Assembly: GCA_014905635.1 (NCBI GenBank)
Contig: CM026547.1
Coordinates: forward strand, 3,162,001-3,226,000
Direction: 5' to 3'
Source: Scenedesmus sp. PABB004
Taxonomy: Eukaryota
Length of the DNA: 64,000 nt
Both the position numbers and the translations under genes were made by a program. The notes below the pieces were generated by a model. The model was not told the DNA's origin. It worked only from the letters and a program-made list of their open reading frames with translations, and ran no database searches. Of the stretch, positions 11,635-23,468 are shown piece after piece; the first letter of the stretch is position 1, and each line of letters starts with the position of its first letter.

Positions 11635-13403
11635 CTAGCCCGCCTCGACGCCCGCCGCCGCGACGCCCGCCGCGGCCGCCTCGGGAGCTGCAGCTGCAGC
11701 CACCGCGCGCCGCCACTCGCCGGCGTGCGCGTCCCACAGCTGCCGGACCACCCCGCCTGGCGTGACCTCGGTGCGCAGCACCTCGTGCACGGACGCGACG
11801 CGGACGTCGCACCCGCCGAGCTGCCGCTGCTCGCGGCCCAGACGCAGCTGCTGCGGCGCCTGCGCGCTGTCGGCGGGCTCCGCGCCTCCGCCGCGGGCTG
11901 CCTGCTGCTGCTCGCCGGGTGCCAGCCGCCAGCCGGTGCTGGTGAGGCCGCCGCCTCCGTCGGCGCCGGCGCCGGCGGCGGCGTCTGCCGCTGGTCGCTC
12001 CGCGACCTCGACCCAGACATCGGCAGCGCACTGCGCCCGGCCATCCAGCAGCTCAACAACCAGGAAGTGGTGCCGCGTGGCGTCCACGTCTGCGCCGGCG
12101 GCGCAGGACAAGACTCGGCGCGCGCCCCGCCCGGCGGCGGCGCGGGGCGGGCGCGGGGCGGGCGCGGGGCGGGCGCGGGGCGGGCGCGGGGCGGGCGCAC
12201 GCCCGCAGGCGCCCACCTGGCCGGTGAGTGCTGACCACGCGGGGCACGGTCGCCGCGTTGAGGTAGCAGCAGCCCTCGGCGTCGACGTGCACCATCTGCC
12301 GAAGCCCCCCGCCTGCGCCGCCGCCGGCGGCGCGCGTTGGTGGCGCGCGTTGGCGGCGCGCGCGCACCGCCGCTGTGCGCGGCGGGGCGGCCGCGCGCGC
12401 GGGCTCACCCCGCAGCGCGTGATGCATGTGGCCGTGCACGACGAGCGCTGGCGGCCGCCGCGACGCGCGCAGCGCTTCCAGCACCGCAGCGAGGTCGGGG
12501 TCGCCGTGGTCGCCCGCCTCATCCTTCCAGTCTACGCCCACGATGGCGTGCCGGGCCGCGCCGAGCCCCGCCGGGCCGTTGTGCCCCAAAAGGACCAGCG
12601 CGTCGCCGGGCGGCACGCGGTCGGCGATGACCGCCAGGATCTTGGCCGCCGACTCGGCCATGTCCGACACGCCCCAGCGCGCCGCCATGAACTCGCGCAT
12701 CGAGCGCAGGCTCTTGCCGCCCTGCGCGGCGCGGCGTGCGCGCGCGCCGTGTGCGCGCGGCGCTGCGCGGCGCGGGGCGGCGGCGCGGGGCCGCACCTTG
12801 GAGAACGGCCGCGCGCCGACGAGGCTGAGCGCCGCAACCGGCAGCCGCATGTGGGCGTAGCCCAGGTGGCTGGCCCCGAGCGCGTCGAGCTGCTGCTGCA
12901 CGCGGTCCGGCTGCTGCGGCTGCGGCGCCGCCGCGCCGCCGCCGCCGCCGTCGGTGCCGGCCGGCGGCGAGCGCGCGCGCGCGCGTGCCGTCATGGTGTA
13001 CCACGCATCATGGTTGCCGAGGATCACTGCAAGGGCGTGCTCCGCCCCGAGCGCGGCGATGCGGCGCACCAGCGCGACATCCTCGTTGCCCACGTCGCCG
13101 ACACAGACCACCAGGTCCTGCGGCGGCGGCGGCGGCGGCGGCGGCGGCAGGGCTCCGCGCTGCGGCGGCGGCAGGTCTCGGCGCTGCGCAGCCACGACGG
13201 CGGCGCCGCACCGGGTCGAGGGCCTTGAGGGCAAGCGCGTCGCGAGCGCTCCACTGGCCGTGCGCGTCTCCAATGACAGCCAGGCGGGTGCTGTCCCTGG
13301 CCGCCCCAGCTGCCGCGCACGCGGCCGCGCGGCGGGCCGCGCCGCTGCTGCTGCCGGCGCCGCCGCCGCCGCCGAGCCCCGCCGCGGCGGCGCGGCGCAG
13401 CAT
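11635..13403 (-). CDS. Calcineurin-like metallophosphoesterase, TIGR04168-like, multi-exon
   Basis: VIGDAHG, CVGDVGNE, ILGNHDAW, GHNGPAGLG, GDHGDPDL, HGHMHH, YLNAATVPR. Confidence 0.85.
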
Positions 13404-13681
13404 CGTGCTGGTGAGGGCGGCAGGGAAGCGCCCTGGAGAGCGGGGCAGTAGACGGCGCCGCGCGCGAGCCGGCAGTAGCAGTAGCAGCAGGCGGCGTCGT
13501 CTGGCAGAAGCGCTGAGGTTTTTCTGCCACAACCGGCGGCCTGGTCGCGCGGCCGAGAGAAGCAGACGCGCGTGGACTGGGCGCAGCGGCCTGGGGCGGC
13601 GGCCCGGCGCGACGACCGGGCTTAACGGCGCGCGCTGCTGACCGCCCGGCGCCACACCCAGGTGCTGCAGGTCCGCGCGCA

Positions 13682-14280
13682 ATGGAGCCAGCGGCGGTGG
13701 CCGACAGCGAAGGCCTGCAGCAGGAGGAGCGGCGCCGCGTGTTCCGCAGCCGCGCCGGCTGCCTGCTGCGCGCGGCGAGCGCCGGGTCGAGCGACGACGG
13801 CAGCGCCACCGAGCCCCCGCCGTACTGGCGGCGCCGCGCATCGCTGGCCGGCGGCCGCATGTCGCTCGACGCGCACGCGGCGCGGCTGCGCGAGCGCCAC
13901 CAGGTGCAGACAGAGCTGCGCGCCTGGGTCGACGACGTGCTGGCGCACTCGCGCGGCGAGGCCGGGGCCGGACGCGAGGGCGAGGCCGGACGCGGCGGCG
14001 ACGCCGGTCGGTGGAGCGACCTGCCGGCGGAGCTGCACGGCGCGCTGACCGGCCGGGCGCCGCTGAGCCCCGTCGCCAGCGCGGCGCACCTGGGCGACCG
14101 CCGCGACGCGCACCGGTGCCACCACCGCCACCACCGCCACCGCCACGGCGCGCGCCCAGAGCGCCAGCGCCGCTCTGCCCGCGAGCTCGAGGCGGCCGCC
14201 GGCGGCACGGCGCAGTCTCCGTTTGCCGCGCCGAGCCTGCAGGCGCCGGCGCCGGGCAGCCGCGCGGCCAGCAGCGCAGA

Positions 14281-14311
<31 letters not shown>

Positions 14312-15937
14312 CTGCTCCTCACGCCGCGCACGGCCGAGGGCTGTGAGGCTGTGCTGCGCGCCCAGGTGGAGGTTGAGGTGCAGCAGCGGGTCGCGTTGCA
14401 GTGGCAGGCAGCGCGCCAGGTGGACCAGGCGGCGCTGTCGCAGCTGCGCGAGGAGCAGCAGCGGCTGACGCGGCAGCTGGCAGAAGCACAGCAGCAGCTG
14501 GCGGCGCTGGCAGCGCGGCCTCAGCGCGGCACGCAGAGCGCGGCGCCGCCGCCGGGCAAGCCCAGCGGCGAGCAGCGCGGCGGTGGCGACGTGTGCGACC
14601 CTGGCGCTCGCCAGCGCGAGGTGCTGGCCCGGCCCAGCTCTGGCGTGCAGGTGCTCACAATCCTCCGGCAGAGCAGCGGCAGCGTCGACGGGGCGCCAGC
14701 ATGCCAGGGTGCGGCAGGGCCAGGCGCAGAAGCGCCGCCCCGGCCGCTGCAGGAGTTGGTCGCCCCAGGCCCGCCGCCGCAGCGACGGCGGGGCGCCAGC
14801 GGTGCGGCGCCTGCCGCCAAGGCCCCCGAGCGTGGAGCAGGTCGCAGCGCGGAAGGTGTCGCTGCGACGACCGGCGGTGCCGCCTCGGCGCGACGCCGCA
14901 CGAGCGCGGCGCGTGCAGCTGCCGCTGCGGCCTTTGGCGGCGGCAAGGCGGCGAACGCGCCCTCGACGGCGCGGCGGCGGCGCATGGCGGGCTCGGCGCC
15001 CGCGCAGGGCGCAGATGCTGCGCAGCAGACGCCGGCTGCGCTGGCGGAGCGGCTGCAGCACGCCGAGGCCGGCCTGCGGGCTGCGCTCGCAGCGCAGCAC
15101 GCGCTGGAGGCTCAGCTGCGAGACTGCCAGGGCCAGCTGGCGGACGCGCGCGCGCAGCTGCAGGCCGAGGGGCAGCAGGCGCAGCGCGCCGGGGCGCTGG
15201 CCGCGCAGGTGGCGGCGCTGCAGGAGCAGCTCGCCGCAGCCGGCGCGGCGCAGGCGCAGCTGCAGCGAGAGCGCGGCCAGCTGCTGGCGCGGCAGCAGGA
15301 GCTGGACGCACAGCTGTCGCTCGAGCGGCGGCAGCGGCCGGAGCCGGCCAGCGAGCCTGCCGGCGGCGGTGCGGCGGACGGCTGCGCGTCCGTGCGGCGC
15401 CCGTGTGGGCGGTGCAGGGAGCTGGAGCAGCAGCTGGCCACCTCTCGCTCCATGGAGCTAGACGTGGCGGCGGCCTGCCAGGCGCCGGCGCCCTCCGCGC
15501 CCGGACGGCTGAGCCGGCCGCTGAGCGTGTGGCCGCCCCCGCAGCCGCCCGCGGCAGCGGAGCCCGTCGGCGCACCATGTAGCAGGCCCGCGCCGGCGTG
15601 CGGCGGCTGCGAGGCGGCAGCCGACGCGGCCGCTGCCTGCGCGCGCTTGCGGCCGCTTAGCTACCGGCCGCCGCGGTCGGCGGTGGCCGGGTCGGTCACG
15701 GGCACGGCGGTCGACGGCGGCGGGCCCGCTGGCTGCAGCTCGCCGCTCTCGTGCGCCCCGCTGCGGCTGGCGGCGCGCAGCGCCAGCCCCCGCACCGCCC
15801 GGGGCGCGCGCACGCCGCGCCCCGGGACGGCCGCGCCGGCGTGCGGCTGGCTGGGCGGCGCCGGCAGCCCGCGGCGGCCGGTGACGACGGGGATCCCGGC
15901 GGGCGTGCCGCGGCTCGAGCTCGGCCTTTTACGTTGA
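13682..15937 (+). CDS. Uncharacterised low-complexity coiled-coil protein (751 aa ORF)
   Basis: Long ATG-initiated ORF with host-like codon use and two Q/E/L/A-rich heptad regions; head-to-head with the phosphoesterase gene. Confidence 0.65.
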
Positions 15938-16175
15938 GAGCGCGCGCGCCGTGACAAGGGCTGGGCGTTGAACCGCAGCCGCGATCCCGACTGCTCCAGC
16001 GCGGCGCCCCGACCACGACGGAGCTGTTCGGCGCACGCAGACCCGCCGCCGCCAGCGGCGGGCCGCAGCGGCCGTCCGCCGCGCGCAGCTGTCGACCGCC
16101 GCGAAACGGGCGCAAGCCAGCGCCGTCCGCTGCAGCGCGCTGCCGGCTCCCTGGAGCTGCACGCGAGGCCACACG

Positions 16176-16204
16176 ATGCTGCGGAGCGGCGCACTGGCGG
16201 CGCT

Positions 16205-16237
<33 letters not shown>

Positions 16238-18551
16238 CGAGCCCGCCCGCCGCCGCGGGGGCGCGATGACGCGCCGGTGCCTGGCTCAGGCCTCACCGGC
16301 CGCTGCACCGGTCGCTGCCCTGGCGCCGGCGCCCGACGGCGTGCCGCCACGGCGCAACCTCAAGACGATGCTCCTCACCTGTCCCGCCGGCGCGCTCGTC
16401 GTCCTGGCGGCGGGCGACCGCCGCGTTGACCTGGGTGCCGTGGCCGCGCACCTGGGCGTGCCGCGGCGCCACGTGCGCCTCGCGAGCGCGGCCGAGGCAC
16501 TGGCGGCGACGGGCTTTGAGGTCGGCGCGATACCGCCATTTGGCCACGCTGCGCGGCTGCGCACGCTGGTCGACGCGAGCGTCGCGTCGCCGCCGCCGCC
16601 GGCGCCGCCGTCCTTCTTCGCCGGCAGCGGCGTCGCGGGCATGGTGCAGGAGCTGACCGCGCAGCAGCTGCTGGCAGCGGTGCAGCCGTGCGCGGTGGGC
16701 GACTTTAGCGTCGATGCGGCCGCGGCGCCGCCCGGCGCCGGGGGCGCCCAGCAGCCGCAGGCGCAGCCACAGCAGCCGCGCGACGCGGTGCCGCCGGGCG
16801 CCTGGGCGGCGCGGTTGCCGCTGCCCTGGCCGCCCGGCAGCAGCGAGGTCGCGCTCGTTGGTGTCGTCGCGCAGCGCCGCAGGCTCGCCAAGTTGCTGCT
16901 GTTCGTGAGCCTGGTGCCTGAGGGCGTGCCGCCGCTGCCCGCCGACGGCGCGGCCGTGCACGTGCGCCGGCTGTGGCGGCACCCCGGCGCGGCGCCCGCC
17001 GCGGCGTGCGAGGTGCAGGTTATCTGCGGCAAGACCATCGAGCGCGCCCTGGTGCGTGCGCGCTGCGCCCTGCGCAGCGTGCCGGCCGCAGTCGCGCCGG
17101 CGCTGCGCCGGCGCCGCCGCCCGTGCGCCGCCGTGCGCGCGCCGACGCCGCCGCCTGTGCGCGCCGCGCCGCAGGGCCGCGAGGCGGCCGCGGCGCTGCT
17201 GGATCAGGTCAAGGTCGGCTGCGTGCTGTCCGTGCGAGGCCGCGTCCAGCAAAACCCCGCGGCGGCCAGGGCGGCGGACGACAGCCGACCTCAGGCTGGC
17301 GCGGAGCAGCACTACGTGCTGGACGTGGTTGCGAGCGAGGTCGCCGTGCTGCACAAGAGCCGCGACACGCTGGCGCGAGCGCTGCGCGCCGCGCAGCGCC
17401 GGGGCGCCACGGGCGTCGCGACCGCCACGCAGCTGCTGCAGCTGCAGCAGCCGGCGGGCGGCGCCAGCAGCGACGGCAGCGCGGCGCGCGCGCCTGCACG
17501 CAAGCTGCCGAGCAGGGACGCCGGACCAGGAGCCGCAGCGCAGGCAGTGGGCGCGGCGCCGGCGCCTGCGCCTGCGCCGCGCAGCACAGCGCCTGTGCCC
17601 AGCGGCAGCACCGCGCGGGAGGCCGGGGAGTGCTGGCGCCTGCCGCTGGCGCCGGAGTGCGTGATCTGGGTTGCGGACCTCGCCGGGCTGCAGCTCATGC
17701 GCGCGGCGGTGCTTCCGCACGCCGCCAGCGGCAGCGGCAGCGGTGCGGCGGCGCACGTCGTGGGCATGGACTGTGAGTGGCGGCCCTTTGACCGCGGCCA
17801 GGCGCCGACGCCGGTGGCGCTGCTGCAGGTCGCCACGCGGACTCAGGCCTTCCTCGTCGACCTGTTGGCGATCTGCCACGGCGGCGGGGGCTGCTCGCTG
17901 GCCGAGGCAGCGCTGAGTGACCTGCTTCTGCAGCTGCTCTGCCGGCCGGACGTGGTCAAGGTGGGCTGGGGCCTCGCCGGGGACCTGGCGCGCCTGCAGG
18001 TGCGGCGGCGGCGCCGCGTGCGCGCGCCCAGGCAGGGGCGTGCGCCGACGCGGCGGGCCTGCGTCCCCCCGGCCAGCCCAACGCCCGACGCCGCTCCTGC
18101 CCGCCCGCCGCGCGCGCAGGCATCGTACCCCGCGCTGCCCTGCTGGCAGCCGGGCGCGGCGGCGGCCGTCTCGGGCGCCGCGCCGCCGTCGCCCCGCAGC
18201 GGCGCGGCGCCGCTGGCGGGCCACGTGGACCTGCAGCAGCTCGCGCGCCACGTGCTGCCGCCGGAAACCCGGCATGCGGCCGCCAGCCTGAGCCTCAGCA
18301 AGCTGGCGACCGCGGTGCTGGGCGCGGCGCTCGACAAGGGCCCGCAGCGCAGCGCCTGGGACATCCGGCCGCTGAGTGAGGAGCAGCTGCTTTACGCGGC
18401 GAACGACGCCCACGCGCTGACGGTGCTGCACGACTCGCTCGTCGCGCGCCTGCCGGCGCCGCGGGACGCCGTCGCGCTGCTCGCGGCGCGCCGCGGCGAG
18501 GAGTGGCTGCCAGTGACTGGCACGCGGCGCGAGGGCGGCGAGGCGGCGTGA
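16176..18551 (+). CDS. YbaK/aminoacyl-tRNA deacylase-like domain + OB fold + DEDDy 3'-5' exonuclease (MUT-7/WRN-like) fusion
   Basis: NLKT...GDRRVDL...RLAS...TGFEVGAIPPFGH (YbaK); VALVGVV..RR..KLLLF...QV...KVG..LSVRG (OB); GMDCEW, ALLQVAT, FLVDL, QRSAW..RPLSEEQLLYAANDA (exonuclease). Introns at about 17053-17174 and 18000-18119. Confidence 0.85.
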
Positions 18552-18651
18552 GCGCAGCGGCGGGACGACAGCGGCGGCTGCGCGCGCGTGGCTGTGACGG
18601 ACCGACGTTTTGCACCCGGGCGGCGATCACGCCGCGCGCCACGCGCCGCGC

Positions 18652-19360
18652 TCAGGGCTTGGCCACCACCGTGACCGCCAGCTTGGCGAGGCTCGGCCCC
18701 GCGAGCTCCAGCGTCCAGCCGCGCCCCGGCAGCTGCACCTCGAACGCGGCGCCCTTGAGCGGCACTGTGCTCGGCCGGCCCTCCGGCCCCACCAGCACCA
18801 GGGCGTTGGCCGTCGCGCGCGCCACGATGCCGGCGCGGCCGACGTAGATGGGGTTGGCCGCGCGCGTCACGCGCGCGACAGCGCCGTGCCAGTCCAGGCC
18901 CGGCAGGAGGCGCGCGAGCGCGTCGTCGCCCTTGCCCGCCGCGACGCCGCCGACGTAGCGCCCCCACGCCTCGTGCAGCGGCAGCAGCGCCGCGTGGTCG
19001 AGCGCGGCGGGCAGGCGCGCGAGCTCGCCGCGCCGGCCGCGCGGGAGCAGCCCGCCCGCGAGCCGCGGCCGCCGCGCGCGCGCCGCGCCGCTCGGCCGCG
19101 TGAGCGCGAGCCGCGTCGCCGGGTTGTCCAGCACCACGCTCTTGTCGATCGTGCGCGCCGCGATCGTGCTCGCCGCGACGTGCGGCGGCATGTGGGGCGC
19201 CATGAGCGCGCCCAGCACGTCGGCCACGTCGCCGCGGCACGCGCCCGGCGGCGGCAGCCCCAGCGCCGCGACCGCGGCGGCGCCGCCCGCGTCGGGCAGG
19301 ACCGCGTGCAGCGGCGCGTAGGGGAACGCGCCGCGCTGCGCCGCGTCGCACGCGCCGGCG

Positions 19361-19393
<33 letters not shown>

Positions 19394-19703
19394 GGCGCCG
19401 GCACCGGCGACGGCCGCCGCGCCGCCGGCGCAGCAGCGGGCTGCTGCTGGCCCGGCGCCGCGGCCGCCGGCTGCCGCCGCCGTCCGCTGGGCGGCGGCTG
19501 CGCGGCGGCAGGCTGCTTGCGCGCCGTCACGGGCTGCCGCTGCGCCGCTGGCTGCGCCGCCGCCGCTGCCGGCGCGGCGTACGCGCCGAGCGCCGCGAGC
19601 CTGCGCGTGCGTGCAGCGGCGTGAGCTGGCTGTGCGCGCGCGTCGGACGCCGTGAAGGCGCGCCGGGCACCCACCGGCGCTTCTTGGTGCTCGACGGCTC
19701 CAT
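18652..19703 (-). CDS. POP4: RNase P/MRP subunit POP4/RPP29
   Basis: LLPLHEAWGRYV...LDWHGAVARVTRAANPIYVGRAGIV..TANAL...TVPLKGAAFEV. The start (MEPSSTKKRR) is inferred. Confidence 0.8.
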
Positions 19704-20163
19704 CGGCAGCGGCGGCAGCGCCAGGCGGCAGCGGCGGCGGCGGCGGCGCCCTGGGCTGCGCCGAGTCAGAGCCGCTTGTCCGTGGCGGTCTCCAGGCGGC
19801 GTGGGGCGGGCGGGCGGGCTCCCTCCCGCCCGGCCGGGGCGCAAGGGCTCGGCACTCGAACCAGCTGCGGGCGCCTGCAACTGCCGCCGCGCCGCCCCGC
19901 GCACGCGCTCGTCCCGCTCCATCCCCGCTTGCCGCGCGCGCTCATCGCAGCGCGTCCCGGGGCGCGCGGCGCGCGCGCACCGGCGCCGAGGCCGGCGCCG
20001 CGCCCCCTGGCCCGCGTCGCGCCCTGGCCACCGCGTACACGGCCACGCGAGCTCGGCCTACGGCCATGCGGTCCGGCGCGGCGCCCGGGGCGCCCTGAGC
20101 GCGCGGGCGGCCGAGGTCGTTGCAGTGAAGGAGGCCGCGCCCGCGAGCGGGAGAGCGCCCGGG

Positions 20164-23100
20164 ATGCTGGAGACGCGGCACATGCAGCTGCTGCACGCCG
20201 GCAGGTGCGCTGCGGTCCGGCCGCCGGCCACGCGGCGCGCGCTGCTGCCGCTGCCGGTGCAGCCGGCGCCGCTGGTGCCGCCGGTGCCCGCCGCCCGCCG
20301 ACGCCGCGCCCGTCCGCCCCACCCGCAGTTTCAGCTCCGTGTACTCCGCGGGCGAGGCGGAGGGGCACGGCGCGGCGGGGAAGGTGGTCAAGGCGTACCA
20401 CCGAGCGCCGCTGCAGTCGCGGCACTGGCTCAACATCTCCCGCGAGGTGGCCATCCTCACGCGCCTCAAGCAGCTGGGGTGCGCCGCCCGCGGGCCCGCC
20501 AGCGGCGGCGGCGCAGCGGCGGCGGGCCGGCTGCGCGCGCGCGCGCCAGCGTCCAAACCCACAGCGCGCGCGCGCGCGCCCCCCGCAGCGTGCCGGGCGT
20601 GGTGGAGCTGTGCGGCACGTGGGACGACGCGGCGGCGCTGTACCTCGTGTTTGAGCCCTGCCCCGGCGGCGACCTGTACAAGCGCCTCGCGCACGCGGGG
20701 CTGCTCAGCGAGGCGCAGCTCTGCCGCGAGGCGCGGCGCCGCCCCGCGCGCGCGCGCCCGCGCGCGCGCCCGCGCGCCGCCGTGCCGCGCCGCCGCACGC
20801 GCGCAGCCGCTGACGCCCCCCCCCCCCTCCCCTCCCATTGCTGGCCCGCCAGGTCATCGTCCCGCTGCTGCGCGTGCTGTCGCGCCTGCACAGCCTGGGC
20901 GTCGTGCACCGCGACGTCAAGCCCGAGAACATCTTCTTTGATGCGTCTGGGCGCCTCGTGCTCGGCGACTTTGGGCTCGCGATCTGCCGCGCCACCGACC
21001 GCCCCGTGAGCCGCGTGGGCACGCTGGACTACATGGCGCCAGAGGTGCGGCGCGCCCGAGAGAGGGGGTGTTTTCGGGGGGGGGGGGTGCTTGGCGCGCG
21101 CTCGCGCGCGCACTTGGCGTGTGCTCATGCACCGCACGCACACACACGCGCGCACCGCATCCGCGTGCAGGTGCTCGCGCAGCCGTGCGCCGACGTCGTG
21201 GCGCTGCGGCGGCTGCGCCCGGGGCAGCTGCCGTGCTACGACGCCAAGGTCGACGTGTGGGCGCTGGGCGTGCTGGTCTATGAGGCGCTCATGGGCATCA
21301 CGCCCTTTGGGCACCCAGACCCAGAGACCGCCAGCCTGCAGGCCCAGTTCCGGCGCCCCGCGCCGCTGCGCCCCGGCGTGTCGGCGGCGTGCGCCGACTT
21401 TGTCGGCCGCGCGCTCACCAAGCAGGCGGCCGCGCGGCCGTCGGCGGCGCAGCTGCTCGCGCACCCCTGGGTGCAGGCGCACATGACCGCGGACGACGCC
21501 GCCGAGTGCCGCGCCGCGACGGCAGCCTGGTGCGCGCGCGGCGCCGCATGCGCGCGCGCGCTGCGCCGCGCACGGCTCCGCCGCGCCGCGCCACGCCGGC
21601 GCCGCGCGCCGCGCGCGGCGCCCGCCTCACGCACGCGCGCCGCGCCGCGCCCCGCGCCGCGTGCCGCGCCGACGCCGGCGGCGCCGGTGCGATCGGGCGG
21701 CTCACCTCATGCCCGCCCATCTCTGCCGCGACGTCGCCGCGCGACGCGCCGGGCGGCGCGCCGCGCGGGCCGTCGCCGCCGGCGGGCCTCGAGCCCGCCA
21801 CGCCGGCGGCGGCGGGGCACGAGCGCTTTGTGAGCCTGTCGCACCACCTGCAGCAGAGCCTGGCGCCGCCGAGCGTGGCGGCAGAGGCGGCGGAGCTGCT
21901 GCGCCAGCAGCAGGCTGCCGCGGCGGCGGCGGCGGCGCAGCGCCCCTGGCAGCGCCTGGTGCAGCAGCACCGCCAGCAGCACCCGGGGCGGCCGCCGGCG
22001 GGCGCGGGCGCCTGCCCCGGCGGCGGCGCCCCGCCCTGCCCGCAAGCCTGCGGCGCCTCGCCGTGCGCGCCGGGGCCGGGCCACCACAGCCTGCTGGGCC
22101 GCTCCTGCTCCGCCCTGCTGGACAGCCACCACGCGCTGCTGGACAGCGCGCGCATGGCGTCGGCGGTGACGGGCGACGCGGCGGGGCGGCGGCGCTGCGG
22201 GCAGCAGCACGCACGCGGCGCGCAGGGCGCCGCCGCGCTGCTGGGCGGCTCCGCGAGCGCGCCGGCGCCCGGCGCGCTGTGCAGCTCGGTGCCGGCCTCG
22301 CCCGTCACCGACCGCGCCAACCCCGCGCTGTGGCTGCTGTCGCCGCAGCAGCCCGCGCGGCAGTACGCCGGCGGCGGCGCGCGGCAGCCGGCCATCCTGG
22401 CCGCGCTGTACTCACCGGCCCCGCTGCTGTCTGCGGCGCAGACGCCGCGGCGCCCGGTGCCCGGCGCGCACGCGCTGGCGGCCAGCCCCGGGCAGGCCCC
22501 GGTGCCGGTGCTGCTCGTGGCGCCGCGCGCCGACTGGCAGCCGCTGGCGGTGGCGGCCGGAAGCCCGCTCGTGTCGTCGTTCTGCGCGCCCGGCGTGCAG
22601 CTGGTCAGCCCCTGCCGCGGCGCGGCGCCCGCGCCTGGCGGCAGCCCGGGCCAGCCGCCGCGCTGCGCGCTGGTGCGGCACGCGAGCGCCGGCCTGCTGC
22701 CGATGCGGCAGCAGCCGGGCTGGCCCGCCCCCGGCGGCGGCGGCCGGCAGCCCGCCGGCGTCGTGGCGCGCAGCCTGCTGCAGGACAAGCAGTGGCTGCT
22801 GCGCCCCTCGCGCCAGCCGGGCGCGTCGGGCAGCACCGCGGCGGACAGCGGCTGCACCGCCCCGCTCGGCTGCACGCCCAGCAGCAGTCTGGGCGGCGAC
22901 GAGGGCAGCGGCAGCGCCTGCGGCGGCAGCAGCTGCGGCAGCCCGCGCTCCTGCAGCACCTGCAGCAGCGACCTCGCGGGCGCCGCGCTGCTGGCGCACG
23001 ACTGCTGCGTGTCGCTGGCGGTCGCGCCGCACGCGAGCGCCGACGCAGCGGCGGCGGCGGCGCACGGCGCCAAGGGCGGCGCGGCGGGGCTTGTGGGCGC

Positions 23101-23468
23101 GGAGAGCACCGCGAGCAACGACCTCTCGGGCCTGGGCGTGCTGCTCGACGCCAGCCTGAACGTGCGCGGCCCGGCGGCGGCGTCTCAGGGCCCGGCGGCG
23201 TGCCCCGCGCCGGCGGTCGCGGCGCGGCAGCCGCACGACGGCGCGCCGCCCAGCAAGAGGGCGGCGCACGGCGCCAGCCTCTGGAGCAAGGTCCGCGCGC
23301 TGACCAAGGTGCGGCTCGCTTCCGCGGGGGAGGGGCGCAGAGCTGCGGCGGCGCGCGCCTGTTCGCGCGCCCGAGCGCGCGCGCCTGCCGCCGCCGTGCT
23401 GCCCGCAGGGGCACCTGGCGCGGCAGAAGCAGCTGGCCAAGCAGCAGCAGGCGCAGTCGACCGCGTGA
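20164..23468 (+). CDS. Ser/Thr protein kinase (Aurora-like catalytic domain) with a long low-complexity tail, multi-exon
   Basis: GSFSSVY, VVKAY, REVAIL, HRDVKPEN, DFG, GTLDYMAPE, DVWALG, HPW. The start codon and the junction to the tail are uncertain. Confidence 0.88.
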
